Source of the DNA: Strigamia acuminata
Taxonomy: Eukaryota
Assembly: GCA_949358305.1 (NCBI GenBank)
Contig: OX442314.1
Span: forward strand, 18,166,001-18,230,000
Direction of reading: 5' to 3'
DNA length: 64,000 nucleotides
Made by a program: the position numbers and the translations under genes. The stretch's first letter is position 1. Each line of letters opens with the position of its first letter. Below the pieces are notes generated by a model. It was not told the origin of the DNA. It searched no databases and saw only the letters and a program-made list of their open reading frames with translations. Positions 42,298-56,409 of the stretch are shown one piece after another.

Positions 42298-43326
42298 ATG
42301 AGGTTGAACAGAAAACTGTACGGCAGAACCGCCATTATCGTTTTATTAACATGTACATTATCATTCGTTCTAAGCACTTTTTGGTGTTTTTACTCGTGCG
42401 ATTCGTTAGTTTGCTCCGAAAAAAATTGCAGAATGATTCTAGAGAAGAAGAAGTTTAGTTCTGCGTTTGCCAAACCTCCGGACACTTTAAATAGCAATGA
42501 AATCGAATACCCAGTTCTAGTCGTGCTCATATTCTCCAGCGTGTACAACATGGAGCAGAGAGACACCATCAGGCAAACGTGGCTGAAAAATTCGGGCATA
42601 GAAATAATTCATTACTTCGCAATAGGCTCCGCCAAGCTGGGCCCGAGTGAGGAAAAAACGTTACATTCGGAGAACGCAAGATTTGGAGATTTGCTGTTTC
42701 TTCCCGACGTGGTTGACACCTACAGAACTTTAACGCAGAAATTGAAGTCGTCTCTCATCAAATTGACGCAAGAAAAGCATTTTAAATTTCTACTCAAAGT
42801 GGACGACGACTCGTTTGTCCAGCTAGATCTTCTTTTCAAAGAATTGGACTCGTTGAAAGTGAAAAATCGACTTTATTGGGGATATTTCGATGGACGAGCC
42901 ACGGTGAAGAAACAGGGACACTGGAAAGAAGTTGATTGGGTTTTGTGCGATCATTACCTCCCGTACGCATTGGGTGGAGGATATGTCATATCTCGCGACT
43001 TGGTGGAATACATCTACGTTAATGAAAAGTTGTTAAAACTCTACAAAAGTGAAGATGTGAGTCTTGGGACGTGGCTCGCGCCTTTGGACATCCGGAGAAT
43101 TCACGATCCAAGATTCGACACCGAATTCAAGTCACGCGGATGTTTAAATTCCTACATTATAAGTCATAAACAAAATGTGGATGAAATGCGGAAAAAGTTC
43201 GGATTGTTTGAAGAAAAGGGAAAAATCTGCAGCGTGGAGGTCCAGCATCGATTCCCGTATCAGTACGACTGGAAAGTGCCCCCAACAAAATGCTGTATTC
43301 GAGTCAATATATCGAGTCATAATTAG
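42298..43326 (+). CDS. B3GALT6: Beta-1,3-galactosyltransferase 6 (GT31), intronless CDS
   Basis: Type II TM segment, RDTIRQTW, LLKVDDDSFV, LYWGYFDGRA, DHYLPYALGGGY, SEDVSLGTWLAP and RFDTEFKSRGC. Confidence 0.95.
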   Translation: MRLNRKLYGRTAIIVLLTCTLSFVLSTFWCFYSCDSLVCSEKNCRMILEKKKFSSAFAKPPDTLNSNEIEYPVLVVLIFSSVYNMEQRDTIRQTWLKNSGIEIIHYFAIGSAKLGPSEEKTLHSENARFGDLLFLPDVVDTYRTLTQKLKSSLIKLTQEKHFKFLLKVDDDSFVQLDLLFKELDSLKVKNRLYWGYFDGRATVKKQGHWKEVDWVLCDHYLPYALGGGYVISRDLVEYIYVNEKLLKLYKSEDVSLGTWLAPLDIRRIHDPRFDTEFKSRGCLNSYIISHKQNVDEMRKKFGLFEEKGKICSVEVQHRFPYQYDWKVPPTKCCIRVNISSHN

Positions 43327-43520
43327 ATTTCACAGTGCATTCCAATTTTATTTTTATTTTTTTAAAATTTTTTTTGACATAATTTTTACTCGATTTATTT
43401 TAACTGTAAATATATGTACAAACTTGAAAATGTAGTGATTATGAAATGGAGTTCATAAAACTGACTTTGAAGGAAGGGGTACAGTGAGATGACTTGTTTT
43501 GAATTGTATTCAATTGAATA

Positions 43521-44656
43521 TCATTTCTTTTTTCTTTCCACGTTGCATTTTGGACAAAACCATTTTCCTTTTGGTTTGCTCGTAAGACCAACACAGGCAA
43601 AATGGAACCATTCGATTGGACACTAAAAAAAAAAATATATATATAATAATTCAAAAAAAAAAATAATTTTGGGTTTTATAATTCTCACATCAGGATTATC
43701 ACAGCCAATCATTTCACCGTAGGATACTTGATGACATAAACAATAAGTGGGTTCATTTGGATCAACAGGCATATCTAATACGTCTGAAGGATGATTTATG
43801 GTGATAGCCAACGCTGGAATGGCTGAGAAAGGTACTTCGGGTCTAGAAAGAGCGCAATGATCAGGCTTTTTAATTTCAGACTTATTGTAATCGTACTGTG
43901 GTTGAGTTTTCAATTTCTTCCTAGCAGATTTACAGTTGTCGTCGTCGGATGACGCGGTGGTTCTTCTTCTTCCACTTTTCCTTTTGTCTTTGTCTTTACC
44001 GCGTTTATTCTTTTCTAAAGAACGACGAACTTTTAAAATTAATTTAATTTGTGTCTTAACTTGCCAAGTGTTTCAAATACAAACTTTTCTGTGTGCTTTC
44101 CGAGTCACTAGATTGGCTGTTAAGGGCTTTGTCTTTCAGTTCTGCTTCAAAACGAGCCAAGTCTGAATCTAATCGACGGATATGTTTGTCTACCTACATA
44201 AAAAAGTATATCAACAATTACTACCATTAATTACATTAGTAATAACGTTTGAGTTTACCAATTCGTATGTTTGGATTGCAAGTTGAACTTTATCGTCTCC
44301 AAATTCCCTCGTTTTGCTGAACATCTCCTGAATTTCTTCTAGTGTATTTGTTTTTTTCTCGGGTGGCATCGAACGCACATTTTTTAAGTACTCGCTGGAT
44401 AGTCTGTCTATTTCCTTCAACAACTCTAAACACAAAATATTGTTACATTATTTGATCATTTAATTATCATCGTGACATTTACCTTGCGCTCTGTGATCCA
44501 AGTCCCGCATTAATGTAAAATTCCTCTGTAATTCAGTCGGCAAATTTTCAAGACCTAAATACATAAAGTAAAGCGCATTAATTATTGCCAGAGATTCAAA
44601 TTACTAAATAAATACTAACTGTCTAAATAATGTTCCAAGTACAACGCAGTCGCCAT
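43521..44656 (-). CDS. ING4: Inhibitor of growth ING4/5-like PHD protein
   Basis: [40 protein letters not shown] and PHD finger [23 protein letters not shown]...WFCPKC. ING4 and ING5 cannot be told apart here. Confidence 0.93.
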
Positions 44657-44896
44657 TTTTTAGTAACGACAATCGGAAAGCGCTCTTGGTTAATTTATCC
44701 GTCGCAAGACGGCGATGGTGTATAAAATACGAAAATTAGAAATTGATCAATTTTTATCGAAATTCTAAACGCAAAAATGCATTTCAATCTAATTAAAATT
44801 TTTATTGGGTTTCCAATAATGAATCAAATCTCCTCTTCATTGAATTTTTTAAAATTTAAATGTTATGAATATTCCTCCAAATGATGCTGCTGTGCC

Positions 44897-47800
44897 ATGG
44901 CCGTCATGTTTCACCATCGGACTGGGGCCTTAGTTACTTTATCAAATAATAACTGTACTGCACAAAGAAACCATCCGGCGCAAGAGTTCAATAATGGATT
45001 AGTATTAAGCGTGGAACCTCTGAAAGACAATTTACTATTTGAAGTCCGCCTCGATAAAAAAGTGAGTTATTGGAATGATGAGATGACATGGGGGTAATGC
45101 GGCGATTATGTTCTCTATTTTTAACATTTAAATGCAGATTAATCCGTAATTATATGGCAATTAAATTGATTTCTGGAACAGTTTTTTTTTAGACCAGTTA
45201 ATTTTTATGTGCTTTCTATTTTCTGATAGATAAATTCATGGAGTGGGTCTATCGAAATTGGAGTGACAACTTCAGACCCGAATATTTTGGATTTTCCATC
45301 GAGTGCAACAGATTTAAGAGACGGGTCGTGGATTATGTCCGGCAGTTCGGTTTTATGCGATGGTCGGTCTATAATTGAGGAATATGGCTATGATTTGGAT
45401 AAACTACAGGAGGATGACAGGGTAGGAGTTATGAGAACTAGTCAAGTAAGTATGAGATTTATTATTTTGATTTTTTTTTTAAAATTATTTATTTATTTAT
45501 TTGATTTTTTTTCAGGGAGATTTAGTATTTTTTGTAAATGGTGTAAGTCAAGGAATTGCTGCTTCGAACATTCCTCCTACAGTGTTTGCTGTAATTGATA
45601 TGTATGGGAAATGTGCACAAGTTACATCGGTGAATTCTGGAATTGAATCGAGTAAGTTTTAAAATGCTAAACGAAAAAATTCTAAGGGAATTTTGAAACC
45701 ATTTGCATTTAAAAACAATGCAGTTTGGGTTTTCCATTTAAAAAAACAATTAATTTATTAAAACATTCAAAAAGGCAATTTTTTTCAACCAATTATTGAT
45801 GGAACAAATTGACCTACTTTTTTAAATCAACATCTTGGCAGTCATTTTGCTCGTTTTCCCAAGTGTTTGGAATGTTAAACTTTGTTTTCCTGGTTAAGTA
45901 ATATAATTATAATGGAATCAAAATGCAAACTCTTGATTTGAATTGATTTTTTTGTTTTCTTTTAGGACTTTTAAGTAATGAAATAGTGAACGAAAACACA
46001 GTTGCATCTTCAAATTTAAACCACATTGCCAATAATATAAGTAGCAATGCAGACAGACTTAGATTTCACGATCATTGTGGATCTCTAATTAAGTTGTCGG
46101 AAAGAAATCGCACTGCTGAACGAAGGCGGCCACTAGACGAATTTAATAACGGCGTTGTCATGACCCATCGTTCGTTAAGAGACAACGAATTATTCGAAGT
46201 ACGGACGGTTATTTATTATTAATAAATTAACCCTAGTGAAGAAAATTAAGGGTATTGTCTTGTAATCAGATTCGAATTGATCGCCTTGTCGACAAGTGGT
46301 CAGGGTCCATCGAGGTTGGCATCACCACCCATAATCCCGCCACACTCGAATTTCCTGCCACAATGACGAATATGCGATCAGGTACTCAGCAAGAGGGTGA
46401 AGGTTTTTTTAACGGTATAGTGCTTACATTACGAGATCTATATGTTGTGTTTTACATTGATGTAATCTGTTTGTCGTCTTTTACATTGATGTAATCTGTT
46501 TGTCGTCTTTTACATTGATGTAATCTGTTTGTCGTCTTTTACATTGATGTAATCTGTGTGTCGTGTTTTCTGATCAATATTTGGTGTTTTTGATGGTTTA
46601 TTTTTAATTTTTAATTAATTTTTAATTAATTTTTAACTTTTTTAAACCTGCAGGTACGATTATGATGAGTGGATGTGGAATTTTAACAAATGGAAAAGGA
46701 ACTCGGAGAGAATACGGAGAATATAATTTGGATGAATTAGTGGTAAATTTGTGTAATATTTTGTTTAAAATCTTTTTTTTTTCAAATGTTTTTATTTGAT
46801 TTTAGGAAGGTGATAAAATCGGTTTGATGCGAAAGTCCAATGGAAATCTCCATTATTACATCAATAATGTGGATCAAGGTGTTGCAGCAGTAATGGTTCC
46901 CCAAACTGTTTACGGAGTTGTTGATTTGTATGGAATGACTATACAAGTGACTATAGTAAATCCAGATGAGGAAAGTATCGATCACGATTTGATAAATAGG
47001 CACAATAACAACACATTTCTTCGTGATTTTGAGCTACTTAATGGATTAAATGGTAAATAGATGGTTTCTAAATGTTTTTATTTGTTTAATTTGATTGTTT
47101 TTAAATGATAGATGATGCTATTGACAACGAAGCTGATAGACTACTGTTTCATCCTCGATGTGGCAATCACGCAACAGTTCTGTGTGGTGGTAGAACTGCT
47201 TATCGACCAAAGTGAGACATTTTGCCTTTTATTTAATCCTCATTTCGATCGTGACGATTTTTGTTCTCTTTCAGTGCAATAGAGGATTTTAATAATGCAG
47301 TTGTACTTACAAACCGCCCTTTGCACACTAACGAACTTTTCGAAGTGGTATTAGAAAATGTTGTGTCAAAGTGGGCCGGCTCCATCGAAATAGGAGTCAC
47401 CACACATTCGCCACTCGAATTGGAATTTCCCGCAACCATGACAAACGTCCGATCAGGTACTTGGATGATGACGGGAAATGGCATAATGCACAATGGGACA
47501 ACAATTATTGATGAATATGGGCAAAGTTTGGACCGATTAAAAGTAATGCCTAGGACTATATGCTAATCATCTGTTGAATTCTGATAAAACTTTTATTTCG
47601 TTCAGGTTAGAGACCGAGTTGGAGTTATTCGGAAAGACAATGGAACGTTGCATTTTTATGTCAATGGAATTGATCAAGGATCAGCCGCATCCAATGTTCC
47701 CGAACGAGTATACGGGGTCATAGATTTGTATGGGCAAGCGGCTCAAGCTACATTGCTGGACGAAAGAGGTGAATAAACATTAAAAGTTTGATTGTGAATC

Positions 47801-50800
47801 ATTTTAAAACATTTTTTTTTTGCAGATTTACCTTTATCTTTGCCATCCAATGCATTATCTTCAACGTCTGTAAACGAGTTACGTTTTCATCATTTACACG
47901 GCCGAAATATTAGAATCAGTCTAGATGGTTTGACAGCGTCAAGACCGAACGCTTACGGAGAATTTAACGACTCGATTGTAATGAGCAATCGCCCTCTACA
48001 GGATGATCAAGTCTTTGAAGTAATCATTGAAAAAATGGTTGACCGGTGGTCAGGATCAATTGAAGCTGGTAAATTTGCATTTAAAATTTAATTTTGAAAT
48101 TGGTTTTAATTTTTTTTTATTTTTATTAACAGGGGTGACTGCTATTAAGCCAGAAGATCTGGAGTTTCCAAACACCATGACTGATATTGATTACGATACG
48201 TGGATGCTGAGGTAGGATTAGTCTTGTGGGGTTTTCGTTTGGCATTTGTTTGACCTTTGATTTTCGTTGTAGCGGTTCCACAGTCATGCAGGATGGAGCG
48301 ACTGTACGAAACGGGTACAAGTGCGACTTGGACTCGATTGGAACGGGCGCTCGAGTGGGGATGGCACGACATTCGGATGGAACATTGCATTATTACATCA
48401 ATGGAGAGGAACAAGGAGTTGCTTGTACCGACATTCCATCCAGTATGATTCGATTTATGTCAATTCAATTTCGTTGTTTGTTTTTTTATTTTTTGTTTTA
48501 TGTTTTTATAAAATTTCTTTCAAAGTTGTTTAGTTTAAATTTGATTGATTTTTTCGGTTATTTTGTAATGAGGGTAAGTAGTTGTACAATTTTCGGGAGA
48601 AAATACAATCTTCCAGAGTTTATGTTATGAGCAACAACTGGTTAAAATAATAATAGAAGTTTTTATTGTGCATGTTTTTTTTTTTTTTTTTACCGATTTG
48701 TAATTCTTATGATCACACGAATTTTTATTTTGTTGCACGAATGTCCAGTTGTTACTTCGGGATTAGTAGGTTTGTGTTTTTTGGTTGTATTTTCTCTATA
48801 GACATATACGCCGTGATCGATTTGTACGGTCAGTGTGCCCAAGTGTCCATAGTTCCTTCATCCTGTGGTGGCCTCGTGCAGAGTGAGTTAAATGCCGCGA
48901 TATCTTGCCCTAGTTCCCAGGCACAAGCACTCACAGCAGGGCGATCAGGTATGAATTGCTGCTGTGAGTTGGCATATCGGACGTCTTAATTTTTGTTTTT
49001 TTTAAATATAGTTTTATTGTTTCATATTTATTTTGATTTCTGTTTTTAGTTTTTGATTTATGCTGTAAACGCAAATTTTTCTGTTGTTTTGCTTAAAATT
49101 GTTGTTATCTTTTTCAGTTTTTTGTTGTTATTTGAAAAGCTATTGGCTCTAAAAGTAACTAGATGTAAATGTGTTTTGTTGTTTTAGTTTATTTATTTAT
49201 TTATTTATATATAAATGCATTTAATATATTTGGAATGATTTTTCTTTTTTTAATTAAGAAACAACGCATCAACTTAGTCAGTGCTATGGCAAAAACATCG
49301 TACTGCGGGATAACAACAGCACCGCTTGTCGTATTCGCAATTTCAATCATGGTCTTTTATTTAGTGCTTTACCTTTAGAAACGGAAGAATTATTCGAGGT
49401 ATTCTTGTCGAAACGAAAGATTAATCTATATTAATATTATAAACCATTTTCGAGTAACGCGATTTTTAATTTTGACAGATACGGATAGATCAAATAGCAC
49501 GCCAGTGGTCAGGTAGTCTTCACATTGGTCTGACCACATTATCCGTGTCAGACACTTTTTCTATGTCACTTCTTCCAAGCTCTGCATTTGAATTAAACGG
49601 CGACACATGGCTGATCGCCGGAAGTCAAGTATTTAAGAATAACATGTTGACTAAGGATAATTACGGTCCGTCGTTACATAAACTCGAAGTAAGTTGAGTT
49701 ATTTCTTTAATTTATAGCTTTTACTCATCCATTTAATTATTTGTTTTAGGTAGGTGATCAAATAGGCATTAAACGATGTAGTGATTCGACAATGCACATT
49801 ACCATCAATGGTGAAGATATGGGCTGTGCTGCTAGTTACATTCCAAAAGTAAATTCTTTAAACGTTTTTCACACAATTTCTAAACGATTGATCACTTAAA
49901 ACAGAAAATATTTGCTGTGATTGATCTATACGGTGCAGTTGAAGCAGTTTCTGTGACGAGCCGGTGTAAACAACGCTCAGCAACGTGCAACGACTTAACG
50001 AGCAATAGTTGTCAACTGGGTCTAAGCAGTGAAATATGTAGCGCAGATAGCATCGAAGCCGAAATCAAACCAGTGCATAATAAAGAGCAGACGACTTCGC
50101 TGGAGTTTTATAATAGACACGGACGAAATATCCAATTAAGTAATCACAATTTAACTGCCAGTCGGTCGGCTAGTTACAACCAGGGCATTGTTGTGTGTAG
50201 AAATTCTCTAGTTAGAGGACAACTGTTTCAAGTGAGGTCAAGTTAGCTTTTAAATTTGACTTAAATTATTACAATTGTATTTTTTTAATTTTAAATATTA
50301 GATTAGAATAGAAAGGCTTAATTCGCGGTGGACATCGTCGTTGATTATTGGCGTTGTTGCGGTGTGTCCCGATATAATAAACTTTCCACTGACAGCGCTC
50401 GGTCTGAAGAAGTCGTCTTGGGTGATTTGTAGTGATTGTGTATTTCATAATGGAGTTAAAGTTCGAGGCCAGTATGGACCAAATTTAGACACGTTACAAA
50501 TATACCACGTGGTTGGAATTTTAGTTGACACTCAGAATCGACTTCATTTGTACGTAAATGGTGTTGATCAAGGCGTGGCCGCGCAGGACATTCCATTACA
50601 GTGTTACGCAGTTGCGGATCTTTATGGACAATGTGAACAAATTGTTATTATAAATGGGGAAGGATCCTCGTACGAGACCGATCATCGAGAAAAGGCTGAC
50701 ATTGATGACGGTGTAAAAGAAAAAATATATCAGCCTATTAGTAATGATCAATTGATTATGAAAAATTGCCAATACAAAAATTTATGTCGGAGGTTTAAGG

Positions 50801-51617
50801 CTGTACTTGGAATTCCAGGTAATAATAGCACGATTTTAATTTAAAGTTTTATTCTGGAATTATTGGATGGGGGGAATAACTTTTGTTTTGTTTTGTAGAA
50901 GCTTATTTTCAATGTGAAAATAATTACACCTGTTATTGTGAAATTTGCCATAAAATTCGGGGAGAGGAGCTGTATCACAAGAAAGGTGAACCGCCTAAAG
51001 ATTATGCGTTGCCTTTCGGGTGGTGCAAGTTTGTGCTTAAGTGAGTATTTAATCCGAATAATGAAATAATAAAATTACAAATTGATGTTATTAGGTCACC
51101 GCACAAAGCAGACAATGCAGCTCTTATTGATAAATGGCACGTCGCCTTTCATGGTACAAAATTAGGGGAAATTAGGAAAATACTCGATTTTGGGGAATTA
51201 CTTCTTCCGTCTGAAATCGGATTGGGGACCAGCCTTCAAAGTTTGTCACTAAAGAACAAAGACAAAGACAGCGACGGCGATGGAACTCAGATATACTTCT
51301 CGCCCACGATTCGTTATGCTGGTCACGTGATGTTTGCACCAAACCACGAGTAAGAAAATTTTTTTTTTTGTTTTTTACTTGTGTTAACGTGTACTAATTT
51401 ATCTAGATTCACGGATCCGAAAACAAAACGGCTGCTACACACTCACGTTGCTTTTCAAATTCTCGTCAGGCCGGGTTCTTATAAAATTGGTCCTCAGCGC
51501 ATCGGGGCGCGAGAACCCGTTGATATTCATTTCAGCAACAGTGACGTGGAGTGGTTTACCAAAGAAAAAGGCGCTACTGTGCTCAATGCTCTTCTCATAA
51601 AGATTGATGGTTTTTAA
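44897..51617 (+). CDS. NEURL4: Neuralized-like protein 4 (six NHR domains), multi-exon
   Basis: Repeated NHR motifs (EFNNGx[17 protein letters not shown]) six times, and a C-terminal region with [16 protein letters not shown] and VRPGSY. Confidence 0.95.
46451..46565. repeat. Minisatellite, 29-nt unit x ~4, in a NEURL4 intron
   Basis: TTTACATTGATGTAATCTGTTTGTCGTCT repeated head to tail with no spacers. Confidence 0.9.
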
Positions 51618-51995
51618 GATATTTTTGCCATACATTTCCCCGTCCTTATCTCAAAATAAACCATCGATAGTCTATAAAATAGATCTAATTTTCACTTGTA
51701 CAGAATATAGGTGCACATTTTTTTATAAGATTTCAATTGTGGAGTTATTTGAACTGTAAATATTGAAATGAGGATTACTATTAATGTTTTTAATAATATT
51801 TTCTTGTATAGAATACATACTGTGAAATGTACATGAGAGTTAACTAGAGTTTTCTACATATTTTGAGATCGATAAACTATTTGGGTAACTTAACACGCAT
51901 CCATTTTTTGATTTTATTGTATAAAATTTTTATTTCTTCCTTTTTTCCTTCTTTTGACATTGTTTTACATTGTAACATTTTGCTAGTTAAGGAAA

Positions 51996-53716
51996 TTACC
52001 ATAAATCGCAAGAGTTGATTCTTTTCATTGAACACTTTTCCGGACAGTTGAAGGCTTTACTGAATTCAGCCATATTAGATAAGGGTCCATTGACGCTTCA
52101 AGTTTTAAAAATCGATATAACAATATGCAACTAACTCAAAAATGTGTTCAAACGTTTTAAAAATTTAATACTTGCAGGATATTTGGCGGGCTTTCCTTTT
52201 CATAAGACATGAAGTATTGAATGATGAGTGGATTATCATTTGCACAATACATCTACAGCGTAGAGTTTTTCATTTATACAAAATTCATGTTAGTTTTCCG
52301 AAAAATCCGACCACAATTCTCGAGATATTTGTGAATTTTTTTGCTCATTGCACTTGTTTTCACGCATGTCGAGAGAATTGTGACAGGAAAATGATATAAA
52401 AATTTACCAACCATTGCAAAACTCAGGAAAAACAGTTGTTCTTGTGAAAATGATACAAAAGCTAATTTGCTTTTAGAGCCTTCATCTTGTTGCTTGTTTG
52501 TTATCCAACTTTTATATGCCTGAAACAATTTTTTTCTGTCACGGGTCGAATCTGGTTATACAAACTTAACCCGGGAATTAATTTTAGCTTGAAATGAAAC
52601 CATTTGTACGAATTTTGGAATACTCAAAATAAACTTTTTTTTAAAAGTGTTTTCAGTTGGTCGTAAGTCGTAACGAGGTTTGACCCGTATTTTCTCTTAT
52701 TAAAATGTTTAAATTTCTATTTCTTACAATACGGTATTCCCTTTTGTTTACCTGGTATGCCAATTTAAGGCCTCCTTCATTCGCAATATTACTGTTAAGT
52801 GTTCGTCCTCCAAAATTACGCTAATGAAAAATGTATTTATTTAGAATTAGTACATAAAAATTTATGTAGATTAACTTACACATTGTTTACCACGACAATA
52901 TTCGTTGTACTGATTAACTAAGCAGTTTGACAGTTTTTTATAAATTTCATTTACTTCTGCAACCCAGCCAGAACTGTTATATTTTCCGTTTTCATCAAAT
53001 TTTTGACCTATAAATAACGAACATCAGAAGTAAATATTAATTCTAATGTGTTGTTGTTTTTCTTGTTGACATTAAGGGGCGAATTTATAGTCTGTAGGGC
53101 CTCTTGAAAAAAAAAATTGAAAAAATTTATTTATTTTTATTTATTTTTATTTTTATATTCGGGGCCCCTGAGAACATATTAAATCCGCCTCTGTTCCTGT
53201 TTGGCTTGCGTACCGTTTAATGAAAACATATTTAGTAAAGCGGTGCTGAAGAGTGTTCCCAGAGCTCCGAAATTGCTCGCGCTGAAGATGAAGAGATTCG
53301 TAACAGTTGCAAATAAGAATTTAAAACATTTTCTTATTACCTACTTTGTGTTGGACTGAAAAATGGTGGTTGTGTAATACCGGTCAGAACCTCTATAAAT
53401 AATTCTAAATGAAATTTTAACAAAAAGCAATGAGAGAAATTACTTACGGATACTGTTTGTTAAAAAATCTGGCCGTACGCTCGTGTCGTACAATGTATTG
53501 AATGGACTAAAGAAAAGAAAAGAAACTTCACTGGTAATTTCCTATTTGTAATAATTCAAATTTCGCGCACATTTTTGATTGGCTTATAGAGTGACGTGAT
53601 TTGGATTTTGTCACATATCACGTGATGAGCATTGTGCAGCGTAGCGGAGGCCGTGGCGGCCATTTTAAAGCTGTTAGCGTGGTTTGGTTACATTACATGG
53701 TAAAGTTACGTAAGTA

Positions 53717-53778
<62 letters not shown>

Positions 53779-56186
53779 GGACATAAAATTGCGAGTATTA
53801 GTCACAATTACAAGCAACATAATTGACTGGTTTTACTTTTATATCTTACTCATAGATCATAGATGGATCTTCGAGGGCTCGCAATTTCAACCTGGTCTCA
53901 ATTTTTTTGCATTCCAGCAGGTTCGCCACAAATGTGTCTTTGCTGGATATCTTAAGGTAGATCAATTTTTTTTCTTTCAAAAACCATTGAAAATTATGTT
54001 GGGTTTCCCTACCGATCTTTCTAATGTAAGTTCGTCATAAGTAATTGATGTCATACCAAAGCTCCTATGTACGTTCTCAGCCTAGGCATTAATGCATTAA
54101 TAAAAATAATTAAAATGCATTAATATATGCATTAAAATACATGTTTTCTTACTTTTTTTTTGAAAAATAATTTGGAGTCTCTGCTCAACCAATTCCATGA
54201 ATCAATTCGTTCAATTAATGTGTGTACTATATGACTGGTAAATTCTGAAGTCTACAAATATATATTATACAATATATTCGTATATTATAAGTCTATAAGT
54301 TTGTCTGATGTTTGTTTTATGAGGAAAACTTACGGCATCTATCGCGTCTTTCCCGATGTAGTAATCTACATAGGCTTGATGCACCGTATGTGGAAAACAA
54401 GCAGTAACAGCTTCTATGCATTTTTCCCACCTTTGCAGTTTTTATTTTAGTTTTAAACCTACAATGATTTAAATTGAATTTAAAAATTCATACCTAGGAA
54501 TTTTATCAGCCGATGAAATTATTTCATTTGAATTTGTCCATCTTTTATAGTAAACATGATGATTTTCTGGGTTTGCTTTATCATTTATTCCTGCCAAAGC
54601 TCTATTGGTGCCCCACAAAAAAGGCTCAATTGCATTCCAAACCAACAAGTTTAGAACAGTCCTGAAATAATTTATTTATAAGATAATTTTAAATTTCAAA
54701 TTTCATTTTAGCTTTCCTTGGTGGAGTGCTTTGTAACAAATTTCCAAGATGGATAATGTATTTTTTGTTAATGACAAGGATGATTTCATCAGGAGAAAAA
54801 ACTTTACCATCAAACATGATTTGAAGTAGCAGAGTAAAATTTATCTGTAATTAATCATTGTAGAAAACAACATGTACTTGTATCTCTTTAGTTAGAACAC
54901 ACACATTTGAAATTGTATTTAAGGTGGATAGTTTAACGTGTTCTTGCCTTCCTGACTCTGCATCTCTGTTTCCAATTTTTCTAACCCATGTCTATTGAAT
55001 TGAGATGTCAATGAAATCTAGGTACAAACTAACAATTCAATTTTTCACTTAATTTTAATAGTGCTTCTCTGAATTTCAGCATTTCTTCAATATCTTCAAT
55101 AACATCTCTGTCGTTTGGGTGGCCATGAATTTGATCAATAGCAAATGAAATAAATTTCCTTAAATTTTCCTTGTCTTTTTCCAGAGTTGGTCCGTGGTCA
55201 TATCTGTGAATTCTTTCGATAAGATTTACTTTTTTCTCTCTCACCTAAATTTAACCAGGGGGAATTAGTTGGGTGCAATTGATAATTGCCAAAATTTATT
55301 TACCAATAAGTGGTGATTGTGAGGAGGATACAATGATCTCTTTACATTGACGGTAAAAATTCCATCAGACAAACCGAGTTTATTAATCACACCCATCAGC
55401 TGGATTACGCTAATAAAGTCAATACTATCACTGTCATACTGGTTTTGCGATTGAATAATTGGCCAATGGAATTGATTCACAATTGCTATCAAATACTTCA
55501 ACCCAGAATCCTTTTCAGACTCTGCAAAGCAAATATGTGGATGCAAATTGAATTAGTAGGCGCAATCATAAAGTAATTTAGACTAAGCAGCGTTTTCCAG
55601 TCGCAGTGGGCATGCGCACAACATTTAAGCTTAATATTTTAATTTACCCCAGTTCTGCGTGCATATTTGATACATTTTTCTAGCATTTTCAAAAACAATT
55701 CTGATGCTCTCTTTAGTTATGAAAGAAGTGTTTGTGAGCAATTCTAAAAATCCATGTAATAATTTGATTAATGCAAATTTGAAAGGGAAATAATGGCTAA
55801 ATGGCCTTACCTTTTGTGTTATTTTTTATAACTCTGCTCTGCTTCCACGTTTTACTGCCGTATAAAGGGATTCCACCAAACCACCAAGCACAAGAATATT
55901 TATAGAAATCAGTACATGGACTCAGATGGGTGGGAGCAGGTTGTAAAAGATGGCTGTCTATTTTTTAATGTCCGATATGGATTAAAGCTTTTTAAATTTA
56001 TTGGTACGATAAACTTACACAAAATAACGAATATGACAGTTGCCAATCCTACAAGAGTAGCAACTCCAATACCCAAGAGTAACATGGTGCTTTGTCGCCT
56101 GAAAAGTCAAATGTCAGGTGTTAGAATGATTGGATAGAAAATCCGAAGTAGATTTACCCAGCAAGTCGAGTTCCAGTAGAAAGCAT
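51996..56186 (-). CDS. M13 neprilysin-like protein, predicted catalytically inactive
   Basis: N-terminal TM segment, M13-like exon structure, QEQLFFLSFAM and VNGPLSNMAEFSKAFNC...CDLW*. HExxH is replaced by TALLN and ENIAD by SIFAN. Confidence 0.8.
52541..52688. mobile_element. Small MITE-like element in an intron
   Basis: Imperfect TIRs ACGGGTCGAATCTGGTTA / GTAACGAGGTTTGACCCGT. Confidence 0.55.
53075..53192. mobile_element. Small MITE-like element in an intron
   Basis: Imperfect TIRs AGGGGCGAATTTA / TAAATCCGCCTCT with subterminal GGGCC(C) motifs. Confidence 0.55.
53718..53776. repeat. (TAA)n microsatellite
   Basis: About 19 uninterrupted TAA units in a neprilysin-like intron. Confidence 0.95.
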
Positions 56187-56409
56187 GGTGAATTAGTGAT
56201 GGTTAGTTCTTTTGTGTGAACAATGAATGTAGCTGTATTGTTATTTACACGAAGCATTTTTGTCTATGACAATTTGAATAAATTTTGCTAATAATCGATT
56301 TCAATTTAATGGATTTATTAACATTTATTTACAGATGTTATTAGAAAAAAAAGATTGAAATTTATTCGTTTATTATTATTGTTTGGTTAATTATTAATTA
56401 TTTTTATTT

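Noticed and set aside
43696..43706. TATCACAGCC, identical to the 5' end of miR-2-family miRNAs
   Set aside because: It is the antisense of the ING PHD codons for IGCDN and has no hairpin partner.
46451..46565. 29-nt repeats with an internal palindrome, superficially CRISPR-like
   Set aside because: No spacers, intronic in a eukaryotic gene and no cas genes. It is a minisatellite.
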